In this document: positions 1-11,437 of the stretch, piece after piece
Position numbering within the stretch: position 1 is the stretch's first letter
Layout of the letters: every line of letters starts with the position of its first letter
Assembly: GCF_000143415.4 (NCBI RefSeq)
Contig: NW_003314282.1
Coordinates: forward strand, 655,700 to 719,699
DNA from: Selaginella moellendorffii
Taxonomy: Eukaryota > Plantae > Lycopodiophyta
DNA length: 64,000 nucleotides
Direction of reading: 5' to 3'
The notes under the pieces: model-generated
What the model saw: only the letters and a program-made list of their open reading frames with translations
Databases searched by the model: none
What the model was told of the DNA's origin: nothing
Made by a program: the position numbers and the translations under genes

Positions 1-596
1 GCCTAATCAGACGACAAATCAGATCAACAACACACCAACTTGATCTGCCCAATTGTGTTTTTAAGCTAGGGACAGCATCTTTGCTTCTGCACGCTCTGGA
101 ATTCTTCCACCAGTGATATGAAACTATGATTTCGGATTTGCAGCAAAAGCTCCGTGTATGAGTGGGAAAAATCTGTGCCTTGGGAATTTAGTAGTGTTAG
201 ATATTTCATCCAAATGATGATTATTGGTGATTTCGTGAATATATCTTTCTCCTTTTCCTATTTTGCATTTGTAGCCGGGGAACCACTTTTGCTCGCCATT
301 CAACGTGCAGCATGGGCCAACACCCAAGGAAAAAGTTGGCGAGGGACAGCGACAAAACCTTGTCAAATTTTTCACTCATCACTTCACATGCCAAAAAATC
401 CATCCATCCAACCATGCTTTTAGACGAGGAAAACAAAGAATACATACAAATCTCAGTCATACATAGCTTGCGGACAAGACTCTTTTCTAGCTTTTGACCG
501 CGCCTCTCCACATTCCCGCGAGCTGGTAAATCTCGCTACTTTTTTTAAAAATTAGGGCTCTTCACAAGTGCCCTAAAAACAGGGCTGCTCGTCGCG

Positions 597-3500
597 ATGC
601 TGCTCCTGGCCCTGTGGCGTCGCCTCGGCCGGCGATCCAGCGCCGCCGGCCATGTACGATGCTTCTCCTCAGCTCAGGCGCTGCCATCGGCGGAGGATTT
701 CGCGGCGCGGCGCCGCGAGGATGCTCTTCTCGGTGAGATCGATGCGCGCTACCCCGCATTCATGGTTTGGGGATGCAACACCGACGTCGGCAAGACGCTC
801 GTCTCCACTGGTATGGCGGCAGCGCTTCTTTCGCCCGGAAAGAGCCAGAAATCGCATGTCCTCTATGTGAAGCCCGTCCAGACGGGATTTCCAGATGATT
901 CCGACGCCAGGTCTGTGACGCAGAGGATAGATTCTCTCGTCGGGAGGAGCGAGAGCATCTTTCTCTCCAACCGGACAATGTGGCTGTCCGATGAGGCTTC
1001 CAAAAAGGCAGCATTGACGAAAAGATCCACAGACTCCTCGGGTTCCTGGAAAAACTCTGCGAATTCAGTGAAAAGCTCCTCCAGTCTGACTTGCGAGACG
1101 CTGTGGAGCTGGTGTGCGGCTGTTTCTCCACACTTGGCCGCTCAGCAGGAAGGTGGCGGTGCTAGCGACGACGAGCTGCGAAAAGTTTTGCGAAGCTCGC
1201 TGTGGGAGTTCGGCGCTGGCGCGTCTCAAACGGGACGGAGCTGGGCTTTCGTTGAGACCGCGGGTGGTGTTGCGAGTCCGGCTCCCTCAGGAACTTTGCA
1301 GTGCGATCTTTACAGGTAGTAAGAAGTATATTGTGAGAAATCACTAACCTTTTTGGTTTTTCGCTTTTCTTTTTGAGACAGGCCTCTTCGACTACCTGGA
1401 ATTCTAGTCGGAGATGGAAGGCTAGGAGGAATATCGACTACTCTAGCGGCGTATGAAAGCCTTCTCTTGCGAGGATACGAGACAATCTGCATTGTAATTC
1501 AGGACATGGGACTGGGAAACAATCAGCATCTGTCCAAACAGCTCCATAACAGGTATATCTTCCATACCATGCGATTCCGATGCTAGTTTAGCTCGTCAGA
1601 GTGCCGGTCTTTGTGATCCCTGCCGTACCAAAGAATCCAGGTGACGATCTTGCGGGCTGGTTTCACGACACCAGCAGTACGTTCGTTCAAGTGGTGTCAC
1701 TGCTCGAAGATGCGTACCATAAGCGAATACAAAGGCTGCGTGAGATGCCCAAAAAAGCATCGGAGCTTCTCTGGTGGCCCTTCACGCAGCATAGATTGGT
1801 GCCCGAGGAGAACGTGACGGTTATAGACTCTCGATCGGGCGAATTCTTTTCAGTTTATGAGGTTTGTATTATACTGCTTTCTTTTAGTTGCGTACTGACT
1901 TTTCAAACTGTGCCAGAATAAACACGGCCGCTTTGCTCAGCAGTTTGATGCTTGTGCAAGCTGGTGGACGCAGGGGCCCGATGCATCACTGCAGGTAAGT
2001 TTTTGAGTTTTTCCAAAGCTCTTCTAATCATTACACACCAGTCTGCCTTCGTCTAACAGACGCGTTTGAATTTTTGAGACTCCAGCATGAGCTTGCGAAA
2101 CAAATTGCGTATGCTGCGGGCAGATATGGTCACGTTATGTTCCCCGAAAATGTCCACGAGCCTGGCCTTCGCTGTGCTGAATTACTACTCCAAGGCGTTG
2201 GACGAGGTAAACACTGCTCTGGCTTAATTATATCTTACGAAACTTTTATTTTTTCAAGGCTGGGCACATAGAGTTTATATTTCTGACAATGGATCGACCG
2301 CTACTGAAATTGCTCTCAAAATGGCTTTGAGAAAATATGCTGTTGATCATGGCTTTCTAACAAATCAAGGAGATAAGAAACCGGACTTCAAGGTAATCTT
2401 CTCTAAAGTTTCGTTGTGTTTATCATTTTGCCGATTGTGCTGCTCAGGTTCTTGCACTCAGAGGCTCCTATCATGGAGACACTTTGGGAGCAATGGAAGC
2501 GCAAGCGCCATCTCCTTACACAGGATTTTCGCAGCAACCTTGGTATTCTTCTTACTTTTTTAGCTCCTTTTGGGTTTCAATAATCTATGCGCATGCTTGC
2601 TTTGATGATTGAACAACAGGTATTCCGGAAGAGGCGTCTTTTTAGATCCACCGACCGTGTGCTGCCAAAACAGGAAATGGCAATTGCGGGTGCCAGAAAG
2701 ATATGGCACTATAGCAACTGGTAAACTGCTATCTGTTTATCTCGTCCTTGCTGATTATTCTTTACGATGAATGGCAGAACTTGCATGGGATGCCAGAGAA
2801 GACGTGTTTGCTTTGGGAAGGGATAATACGGAGCTGGCTAAGATCTACTCGTCCGCGATAGAGAAGGAGATTATGAGTAGCCAAGGCAGTTTAGGCGGAC
2901 AAACAATTGCCGGTCTCATCATCGAGCCGAGTAAGACAAATTGGAACATGTGTTAAATCTCATCGTGACGTTTGCAGTCATCCACGCTGCTGGTGGAATG
3001 GAGCTCGTGGATCCTTTGTTCCAGCGCATACTTACACAGCAATGCAAGTGTCACAAAATCCCAGTTATCTTTGACGAGGTGTTCACTGGATGTTGGCGAC
3101 TTGGTGCCGAGGTAGCATATCGTTTCAAATTTTTCTCGTTTTTTTCTGAAGTTTGGTTTTTTTGACGAACGTCTATTTGCGTGCAAGTCTGCTTGGGAGC
3201 TTTTAGGATGCAAGCCAGACATTGCCTGCTATGCCAAGCTTTTGACTGGAGGAACTGTTCCTCTAGCAGCTACTCTCGCCACTCAAGACATATTTCAAGC
3301 TTTTGAAGGGGCGTCCAAGGTACGTAAAATTTTCTCTTCAATGAATCTGTTCTGAAAGAAAGCTTCACAACCGCAGCTCGATGCTCTCTTGCATGGTCAT
3401 TCCTACACGGCACATCCGGTCGGCTGCTCTGCCGCTGTTACAGCGCTGGAATGGTTCAAGGACCCGTCCAAGAATCCAAATCTATTGCCTGGCACAAGTC

Positions 3501-3845
3501 GTCTCCAGGAGGTTAGCGGTTATAACTTTCCGTGTTCTAAAGAACTAATACTTTCGCCGGTGCCAGCAATGGGATCCAGAGCTGGTGGCCGAGATATCAA
3601 GCCGTTCTTCCGTGGAAAGAGTGATCTCTCTGGGAACGCTCATGGCGCTAGAGCTGCGATCAACCTCATCAAGCCAAAAGGGCTATAGCTCGCTACTCTC
3701 CAGCGGCGTCGTGAAGGAACTTCGCCAAGAGCTTGGGATCTACACTCGACCACTGGGAAATGTGGTCTACTTCATGTGTGGCCCATTGACAAAGCCCAGT
3801 GTGTGCTCATCGCTACTGAGAAGAATGCTCAAAGTGTTAGAATAA
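597..3845 (+). CDS. BIO3-BIO1: Bifunctional dethiobiotin synthetase / 7,8-diaminopelargonic acid aminotransferase, multi-exon, with mitochondrial-type presequence
   Basis: DTBS motifs WGCNTDVGKT, YVKPVQTG, VETAGGVASP; aminotransferase motifs WWPFTQH, DACASWW, YHGDT, IFDEVFTG, PDIACYAKLLTGG, HGHSY, RPLGN; many short GT-AG introns. Confidence 0.96.
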
Positions 3846-4208
3846 CGATCCATGAAGGTATGTGAGATCTCACTTTCACCACTTTTAAGTTTTCTATGGT
3901 GTGTACTAACAAGGACAAACGCAGCTTCAGTGTGCAAGCGTGTATCTCTTCACTGGCATCCAATTTGGTTGTTTTTCCTGTCATGCCAACCTTACCGCCC
4001 AACAAACAAACAAGCGCTAAACAATGGAAAAAGGTGACAGAAGGTGGCGAAAGTGGATGGAACGATCGATCATGGCGCTTATAATTCTTAACTCCATGAT
4101 ACAACGACATCGTTCTTTCCTAACCATATCAAAATATTTTTTTTGCAAAAAAAAGTCATTTACAAAGAAAAGAAAATCTATGCCACCGGTCCACCACCTT
4201 TTGATATA

Positions 4209-5645
4209 CTAATGCGAATGGACGAAGAAGGTGGCGAAGGTGGCAGCGATGATCACACCAAAAGTGGATGATCCGCGAGCGATGATCGAAGAGGATGGCG
4301 ACGGCGCATAGTTTCCTACTTGGAATGCCACTGGCAGCGTGGATTTGTCGCAAGGATCCAGCATTCCTTGCGAGGAAAGCGAGGAAGAAGAGCTCTGCTG
4401 GATCATGGAGAGGATTTGGGGAGGATAGCACAGTCCAGTGTTGTTGCCCAGCTTGAGCTTGCTGCCGAATCGCGTGATGGAATCGATCGAGAATGGCACC
4501 GGCCCAGCGAGCGAATTCTCGCTGAGATTGATCTCCGCGAGCTGGTCCAGGCGCGCGAGCTCGCGCGGGATGGCGCCCGTGAGCTCATTCCTGGCCAGCC
4601 CTAGAAACCGCAAGCTCGGGAGCGCGCCTAGATTGCTGGGAATCGCGCCGCGGAGCTGGGAATCCGAGATGTCCAGGCTGATCAAGCTCGCCCCCAGTCG
4701 CTCCCACCCGATCGATGGAATCGCCCCCTGGATTGGATTGCTGTGGAGGTAGAGCTCCCGCAATGTCGCCAGCCCTAGCAGTGGCTCGAGGAAATTCCCC
4801 TCTCTTCCTCCTCGCAAGAGATTGTGGCTCAAATCCAGGAGCTCCAGCCCCGGCGGCAGCGATTCCAGCGATCCCAGCGTCGCATTGATGCGATTGTTGC
4901 TGAGGTCGAGCTTGCGGAGGCGATCGAGGCCGGCGAGCGAGAGATTGGCGATGGAATCGAGGGCGTTGTGGCTGAGGTCGAGGATGACGAGACTGGAGAG
5001 AAATTTTAGGGTTCTTGGCAGCGCGCCCAGGATCCCCGGATTCTGGCTGATGACGAGCTGCTGGAGCGACGTGAGATCGCCCAGCTCGGCTGGAATCTCT
5101 CCTGCGAGGCCGTTGCCGACCAGGATCAAGCGCTCGAGGTTGCGCAGATTGGCGAGCTCGGCAGGGATTGGTCCCTGGAGCGCGGGATTGTTTTGGAAGG
5201 TGAGAGTGGAGAGAGTGGCGATGGCGGCGATGGAGGCGGGGATCATAGCGGGGGATTTCGTGAAGCAGCCGTAGAATGCGAGGGATTTGAGGTGGGAGAG
5301 CTTGGCGATGGAGGGATGGATTGTCGCGTTGGCGCTGCAAGAGGGCGTGTTGCTCTGGATCTTCCCCACGCTCAAGCCCACCAGATGGATCGAATTGGGG
5401 AAGCTAGAATTCGCGTCGTCGACGACGTCACAGATCATCCCCTGGAGCGTGTTCTCACCGCAAGGATCCGGGAGCAAGCTCCTCCAATCCCACTCGGAGT
5501 TTAGAGACTCCATCACCTGGAAGAAGGCTTCCTTCTCCGCGGGATCCATGCTCTGTTCGTCCTGCTGCCCGGAGATGGCGACGATGATCCACATCCACAC
5601 CAGGAAAGAAATCGCGGCCGCGCATGAGATTGGCGACGCCGGCAT
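4209..5645 (-). CDS. Intronless LRR receptor-like protein without kinase (PII-2/RLP29-like), signal peptide and hydrophobic C-terminus
   Basis: Plant extracellular LRRs (LxxLxLxxNxLxGxIP), N-cap W..PDPC...C, C-cap NxGLC, Ser-rich tail; likely start ATG 5645. Confidence 0.9.
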   Translation of the reverse strand: MPASPISCAAAISFLVWMWIIVAISGQQDEQSMDPAEKEAFFQVMESLNSEWDWRSLLPDPCGENTLQGMICDVVDDANSSFPNSIHLVGLSVGKIQSNTPSCSANATIHPSIAKLSHLKSLAFYGCFTKSPAMIPASIAAIATLSTLTFQNNPALQGPIPAELANLRNLERLILVGNGLAGEIPAELGDLTSLQQLVISQNPGILGALPRTLKFLSSLVILDLSHNALDSIANLSLAGLDRLRKLDLSNNRINATLGSLESLPPGLELLDLSHNLLRGGREGNFLEPLLGLATLRELYLHSNPIQGAIPSIGWERLGASLISLDISDSQLRGAIPSNLGALPSLRFLGLARNELTGAIPRELARLDQLAEINLSENSLAGPVPFSIDSITRFGSKLKLGNNTGLCYPPQILSMIQQSSSSSLSSQGMLDPCDKSTLPVAFQVGNYAPSPSSSIIARGSSTFGVIIAATFATFFVHSH

Positions 5646-6883
5646 CGTGACTTCCAGCGCTCCCAGATCATCCAAGTTCAAGAGTAGTGGAGGAAGAGGA
5701 AGAGGAAGATCATCAAGAAGACGCGAAGAACTCTCCTAGAAATCCCACGCTATGTGGAGAGAGGGGGAGCTACTAGACAATGGGAAGAGAAAAGAGTGGT
5801 TATGGAGTATAAGAAGTTGGATGCTTTTGGCTGGCGCGATCGATCGCTAGCTAAGAGGAGACGAGCAAAGTGGAAAAGAATGTCAAATCAAATGGATTGT
5901 TTACTCGAGAATCTTCACTGTAGCCCCCACTCGCGATCGAAGGCGCATTGTTTTCTCGAGTGGATGGACAAATTCCGGAGGAGAAATTCTTTTGCTCGCG
6001 ACTTCCTCCCCAATGATCACTGCGCTTCAACCACCAAGCGCATATGGGTGGGGGCGTGCGCGCGATTAAACAATGCCCGGCTGCCCAGCGATCGATCGGT
6101 GGAGCTATACGCGCCCAGCGCTCGATCAATCGATCATGACGAAAAGAAAGGAAAGAGATTGTTAAAAAAAAAGAGGGAAGAACTGCGCGAAAGCAGGGGA
6201 GGGGAGGGGGGAGTCGAATCACAGCTGGAGCGAATTTCTCTTAAAGAAAGGAAGAAATCGCGCTTGAATTGGATCGATCCGTGCGGCAGTGAATGGATCG
6301 AGGCGCATTAACGAAGCCAGTAAAAGCCCAAAGCAGGGGAGATTGGTGGTATCCATCCCAGGAGAGAAATGTTACAAGCGATGGATGGATCGATCGATGC
6401 GATCGATTCGATCGATTAGAAGGGATCGAGGTGGACGAATCGTTCGAAAGATTTGGGGCTTTGTTGCAGCGCTTGGCCTCCAATGCCAACGCGCCAGGCG
6501 ATGGTCGTCGTCGTTGATTTTTCAGGGATCTATGAGCAGCTCCAGAAAATCCTGGAGACGACAACAATGCGGCAGCGCGCGGCGTGATCAATCAGGATCA
6601 TCGAGCGTGAAATTTCTTTTATTTTCTCCTTTAAGAGCGTGAAAGAGAGATTCGTTTTCGTTTCGTCCGCATCCAAATGGAGAGAGGTCGCTGTAAAAAG
6701 ATGTAAGTAAAAATTCGTGGGGCATTCAAGGCAGCCGCGCCAGGGCGGCGGTTTCCTTTCTCCATGCTTGAGAACGATATAAGCCGCCAGAGAATATTCC
6801 ATTCATGTAAAAACAAGTCAGTAACGGTAAATTAATATTTACCTAGGGTTTTAATATTGCCCTTTTAGGGTTCTTGCGAAGCT

Positions 6884-9008
6884 ATGGCGCAGAGCAAGTA
6901 TGAATATGTCAAGGGATTTGAGAGCGACGATGCGCTGCCTTCGGGAAACTGGATCGTCGTCCGGATCCAAGGCCGGGATTTCAAGGAGTAAGCGATGCGC
7001 GATCGATCTTTGTAAGTGATTGGGCAAATATTTGCAGGCTTCTCAAGGGTCATGGCGTCGAGAGGGATGATTCGCGAGCTCTAGCGCTCGTGGAGGATTG
7101 TTTGAAGACACTGGTGTGGAATTTCTTCGACATTGTTTGTGCGTATGGAGTCATCTATGAATCGAGGTGAAGGTTTTCTTTCTTTTTTTTCTTTGCCTTC
7201 AAATCCAATGCGATTCTTCTTTTTGTTCCAGCTTTGTATTCCACGAGAGTACCTCCTTCTTCAGACGACGAGAAAGGTTTCTTAGTTTTTTACGTACTTT
7301 CGCTAAGAGCTTAGCTCATCAGTGGTTTTTCCAGCAAGCTCGTATCGGTGCTTGTATCATCCTTTACATCGCTATACGTGAGGAGCTGGCCCTCGTTTTT
7401 CCCAGAGACAAATCTCTTGAGTACGCCTGTGTTCTCTGGAGCTGCGTATTGCTATCCGAAGAATTCACTGGTGAGATCCTACTTATCTTCGCTGCAGGAA
7501 AACTGTATGTCCTGATTCTGTATTTATTTCATCGATAACGATGTCGTGAAACAGGGATATCTGGTCTTCAGGCTAGTAACGATCAAATGGGAGCTTTCGT
7601 CTTCAAACGAAAGGTTCGTAGCTGTTATGGTTTCTAGTTTTCATTGGACTGAGAATAGATTTCAGGTTGGAGAACAGGTTGATGTCTGTAGTATGCGTGG
7701 CGAAATTACGTCCGATGCGTTCTGGATGGAGCATTCTTTCATTCTAGAGAAGAAAAAAGTAAGTCTTTTTTTTGCTTAGAACACTGTTTCTTTAATTTCT
7801 AGAGTTTCTACTGCTGAACAGAGTAAAAGAAGCATTATCAAAGCCAGGCAAGCATGCTGCAGCAATTTTTACGTGGCCTTTTTTCTTACTTAGTAAGCTA
7901 TAGGCAAAGAGGTGTTGAGCAGAGTCCGACCATGGTTGAAAGAGATCCTGTAAGCTTCTCTTTGCACTTTTCCACTAGTTACTAACTTCCCATTACAGAT
8001 GAAAGTTGACCTCGGGGTTACGACAGGGCAGTTTTTGCAAGCCAACTGGATCGTTGTTCGAATTGATGGTCGCGGTTTTAAAAAGTATGCATTTGAATCT
8101 TTCGTTTCTTGTTGAAGCTGTTGTCTAACTGACTGCTTTTCCCAGATTTGCTGATCTTCATGGGTTTCAGAAGCCAAACGACGAACGAGCTTTGCAGCTA
8201 ATGGACGAGTGTGCAAAAGCAATTCTAGAAGAAAACACAGACATCGTTTGCGCCTATGGCATCAGCGACGAGTACAGTTTCTTGATTCGAAGGGGTGCAC
8301 ATCAACAAGCAAGGTAAGTGACCGTGGCCATAGGCAGTGCTTACCCCTTTTTTTCTTTTTTTTGCAGCAACGAGCTCATTTCCGCGACTGTTTCGCTATT
8401 CACATCAAAGTATGTAATGCTGTGGCCCAAGTTTTTTCACGACAGGGAGCTTGAATGTGCTCCGGCCTTTGATGCAAGAGCAGTGTGTTACCCCACAGAA
8501 ACAACAGTTAGAGATTACTTGGCTTGGCGCCAAGTGGACTGTAAGTTCACATTTTCTTTCTCTTCTATCCAGCATGCTTGCTTAGTTTCTGGTTTGTATT
8601 GCTTGCAGGTCATATTAACAACGTGAACAATACGTGCTTTTGGAAGTTGCGAGAGCAGGGTTTGAATCCGAGCAATGCGCACAAGACACTCATGGTATAG
8701 ACTTCAAATTTTGATGTTTCTCGTGTAAAGGCCTTGTTTCAGGGAACAAGGTCGAGCGAGAAGAAAGAACTTCTAAGTAACGACTTTCGGATAGATTACA
8801 ATGCGTTGCCGGCAAAGTATCGCAAGGGATCCCTTCTTGTACGAAAGGTAGAAAAATGTCTTCGTTTTTTTACAAAGCTGTTCATAAGTACTTATGTATA
8901 TATTTCCAGCCTGACCAAACCATCTTCCACTACCATGACTTCGACGTTATTGGCGATGATTTCTGGAAGGAGCACTCTTACATTCTCCAAAAGGCAAGAT
9001 TCTCATAA
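6884..9008 (+). CDS. THG1: tRNA(His) guanylyltransferase with two tandem Thg1 units, multi-exon
   Basis: Unit 1 [13 protein letters not shown]...[11 protein letters not shown]; unit 2 [60 protein letters not shown]. Confidence 0.88.
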
Positions 9009-9169
9009 TATCATACGTTTAGATTATATTGATATTCTGCAGTGGGTTGCAATGATCTCTGCGCATGCTTGAGAATTAATACGAGAGCTACGAATGGATT
9101 GCAGCAGCACTGCTAAAGAGGACGTGGTGCTTCGTACAAAAGGCATTTGAGCAGTGTCCAAAAGGTATT

Positions 9170-10082
9170 CAAGCTTCATGTAGCATTCTTTTGGTTTTCT
9201 AACGGAAAAGCCTTCCTTTTTCCAATGCGTCCTCGTGGAGCAAGTTCGATGAAGCCCGAAGGGCGTTCAAAAGAATGCCACAGTTCAGCATGGAGGCTTC
9301 CATTTCAATGTCCATCGCCTGCGTCAACAAAGGGAAGCTCCAGTCCGCCCAGCAAGTCTTCGAAAGTGCCACCACATCCTGGACTCGCAGCATTTGCACG
9401 GAGCGGGCATCTCCCGAGGCCAAGCTTAGATATGGGAGAGCAAGGGCCTGTGATGAAAGTAAGCCTCAACCAAGCGCTTTGTACGGGGCTGCCACGGCCG
9501 AGTGCTACGTGAAGAAAGTCGATTGATCCAAGCCATTGGAGTGGAAGCCGGGGACTTCGACTCCGGCAGGAGATGCTTCGATGGTTTTCGCTCTCAGGAT
9601 CTGGTGTGGAGCTCTGGAACAGCTTGGACATTCTCATGGCTTTACGAACGACGTAGCAAACGACGAGACGGGCCGGAATCCATCCATGTCCATGAGCTCG
9701 AACTGCCTCAACGCTTGAGCCAGTGTACGCGGAGATCATCGACTGCTCGACCAGAATCCTCGACTCCCCGACGCTCTTGAGCGCTCGGGTATGGCGTCAA
9801 ACACCACCTTTTCAAACTCCAGCTTGCCGACGGCAGGAAAGTTGAAGTAAGGCTCTTCTAGGCCTCTCATCCCCGCGTTTTGGGGTGGCGACCATGCACC
9901 GAGCCCGAGAGACCGATCCAGTCGACATTGCTTTTGCACTCGATCTTGGGACCGAGTTACGAGCTGGATCTGCACGAAAGCCACTAATATCGAAGAAAGA
10001 ACAGCAAAAACTGAAAGGAGGCCGTTCTTACTTTTGGTGGACGATAAAACTTTACAAGCTCTCACAAAAGCTGGAAGATCTT
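9170..10082 (+). pseudogene. Deleted and internally inverted copy of the PPR gene at 28.6-30.0 kb
   Basis: Blocks nearly identical to about 28667-30020 with many deletions and frameshifts; about 9623-9832 is the reverse complement of about 29437-29774. Confidence 0.88.
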
Positions 10083-10705
10083 TGACGCATCGTCACTTCT
10101 TGTCTACTGAGCCTGATGATATTGTTGAAAGCATCCTACACAAAATACACCTATAACTGGGGAATTCTTGGATGATTATTATGGTGACGAAATATTTATA
10201 GAGTGGCTGAAAATCTCATAAAAAAATATAATAACATATATTTCGGGAACAAACTCAAAGACCAAAAATTAGGGTGGGCTTAAAGATACCTTTAGTTTAA
10301 GAAAGTTTATATGCATTCTTCGTTTTTTACGGTGTTTACGTTTTGTGGCAAAATAGTTATTACCTCATAATAGAGTTATATTCTGCAGAGCTACATGCTT
10401 GGACTGACTATCGAAGCACCGCTAAAGAAGCATCATTGCCTGCTGCAAATGCCCATTCCAGGCAAGCGCTACGAGCATGCCATTCCCTGAAACAACGCTC
10501 AGGTGCTGAATTCTGGCGAAGCACTGCCATGCATGTTGAATGCTGCCACTCTGTCCATACATCTTTGTTGGATTGTGGAACTATGGACACTAGAGAGATG
10601 TATATTCTACATTCAATTCATAAGAAGCACGCCATACTTCATAGAATATAACAAACCAGCTCCTCTTTATTTACGTATATGAGTCCATGTCAGAGGAGCA
10701 TAAGC

Positions 10706-11437
10706 TTACATGATTCCATAGCTAGACATTGGGTTGAAGCCCACAGGCACAACAGCAGCACTGAAGATCTGAACCTCCTTGAGTTCACCATGAAAGTAGC
10801 GTTTGTTGTCACGGGGGTCGTAACCAATGAAGACAGGTAGGCTGGAATTGAGGTTGACTATCTTGGAGCCGTTCTGTGACTTATCAAGTTTAGAATCAAC
10901 GTAGATAGACCCAACAGTGCCATTTCGGACTGCAGCAACATGGTGCCAAGTTCCATCAGTGACTGGCACTGTTCCCTTAATGTTGAACTGGTACTCACGA
11001 TTGTACACCGTAAACCATAGATTGCCATTGAGGATCCATAGCCACCACTCACCATAGAAATGATCAGAGCGTTGCTGGATGACGCACAGTTCCTGCTTGA
11101 TGCGGGGTGGGACCTTCACCCAAGCATGAACAGCAAAATCAGTCTGCCCAGAGAGAGAGGGCGTGGTGCCCATGGAAATGTATGTTGCACCATCAAACAC
11201 AATACCATCAGTTGTGTGAGCAAGTTGGGACCCGGCCTGCTCAACAAGCCCAGTTGCCTTGTTCCCAGACGAGTCTGCGACCAGGTAGCCTATCTTCTCA
11301 TCCAGCTTCCACCATGCAAACAGTGACTTAGAGATGCCCACATTCTCATCTGATGTCGAAGAAATGGAATTCGAAGCATCCACCACAGTGGCCAGAAGAA
11401 CAGCAAGAGCAAAGTAGAAAGAGAGACGGGAAGCCAT
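10706..11437 (-). CDS. Secreted, intronless LamG / concanavalin A-like jellyroll (Laminin_G_3-type) protein
   Basis: Signal peptide MASRLSFYFALAVLLATVVDA; motifs WKLDE, DSSGN, FDG, FAVHAWVK, DGTWHHVAAVR, IYVD, FIG, YFHGELKEVQIF; TATA about 30 bp upstream of ATG. Confidence 0.85.
   Translation of the reverse strand: MASRLSFYFALAVLLATVVDASNSISSTSDENVGISKSLFAWWKLDEKIGYLVADSSGNKATGLVEQAGSQLAHTTDGIVFDGATYISMGTTPSLSGQTDFAVHAWVKVPPRIKQELCVIQQRSDHFYGEWWLWILNGNLWFTVYNREYQFNIKGTVPVTDGTWHHVAAVRNGTVGSIYVDSKLDKSQNGSKIVNLNSSLPVFIGYDPRDNKRYFHGELKEVQIFSAAVVPVGFNPMSSYGIM

Noticed and set aside
1-511. Possible minus-strand gene divergent from BIO3-BIO1
   Set aside because: No recognisable motif or consistent exon chain within the window
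4320-6642. Many overlapping ORFs over and upstream of the LRR gene
   Set aside because: Shadow frames of GC-rich coding sequence and a CGATCG-rich promoter; no protein motifs
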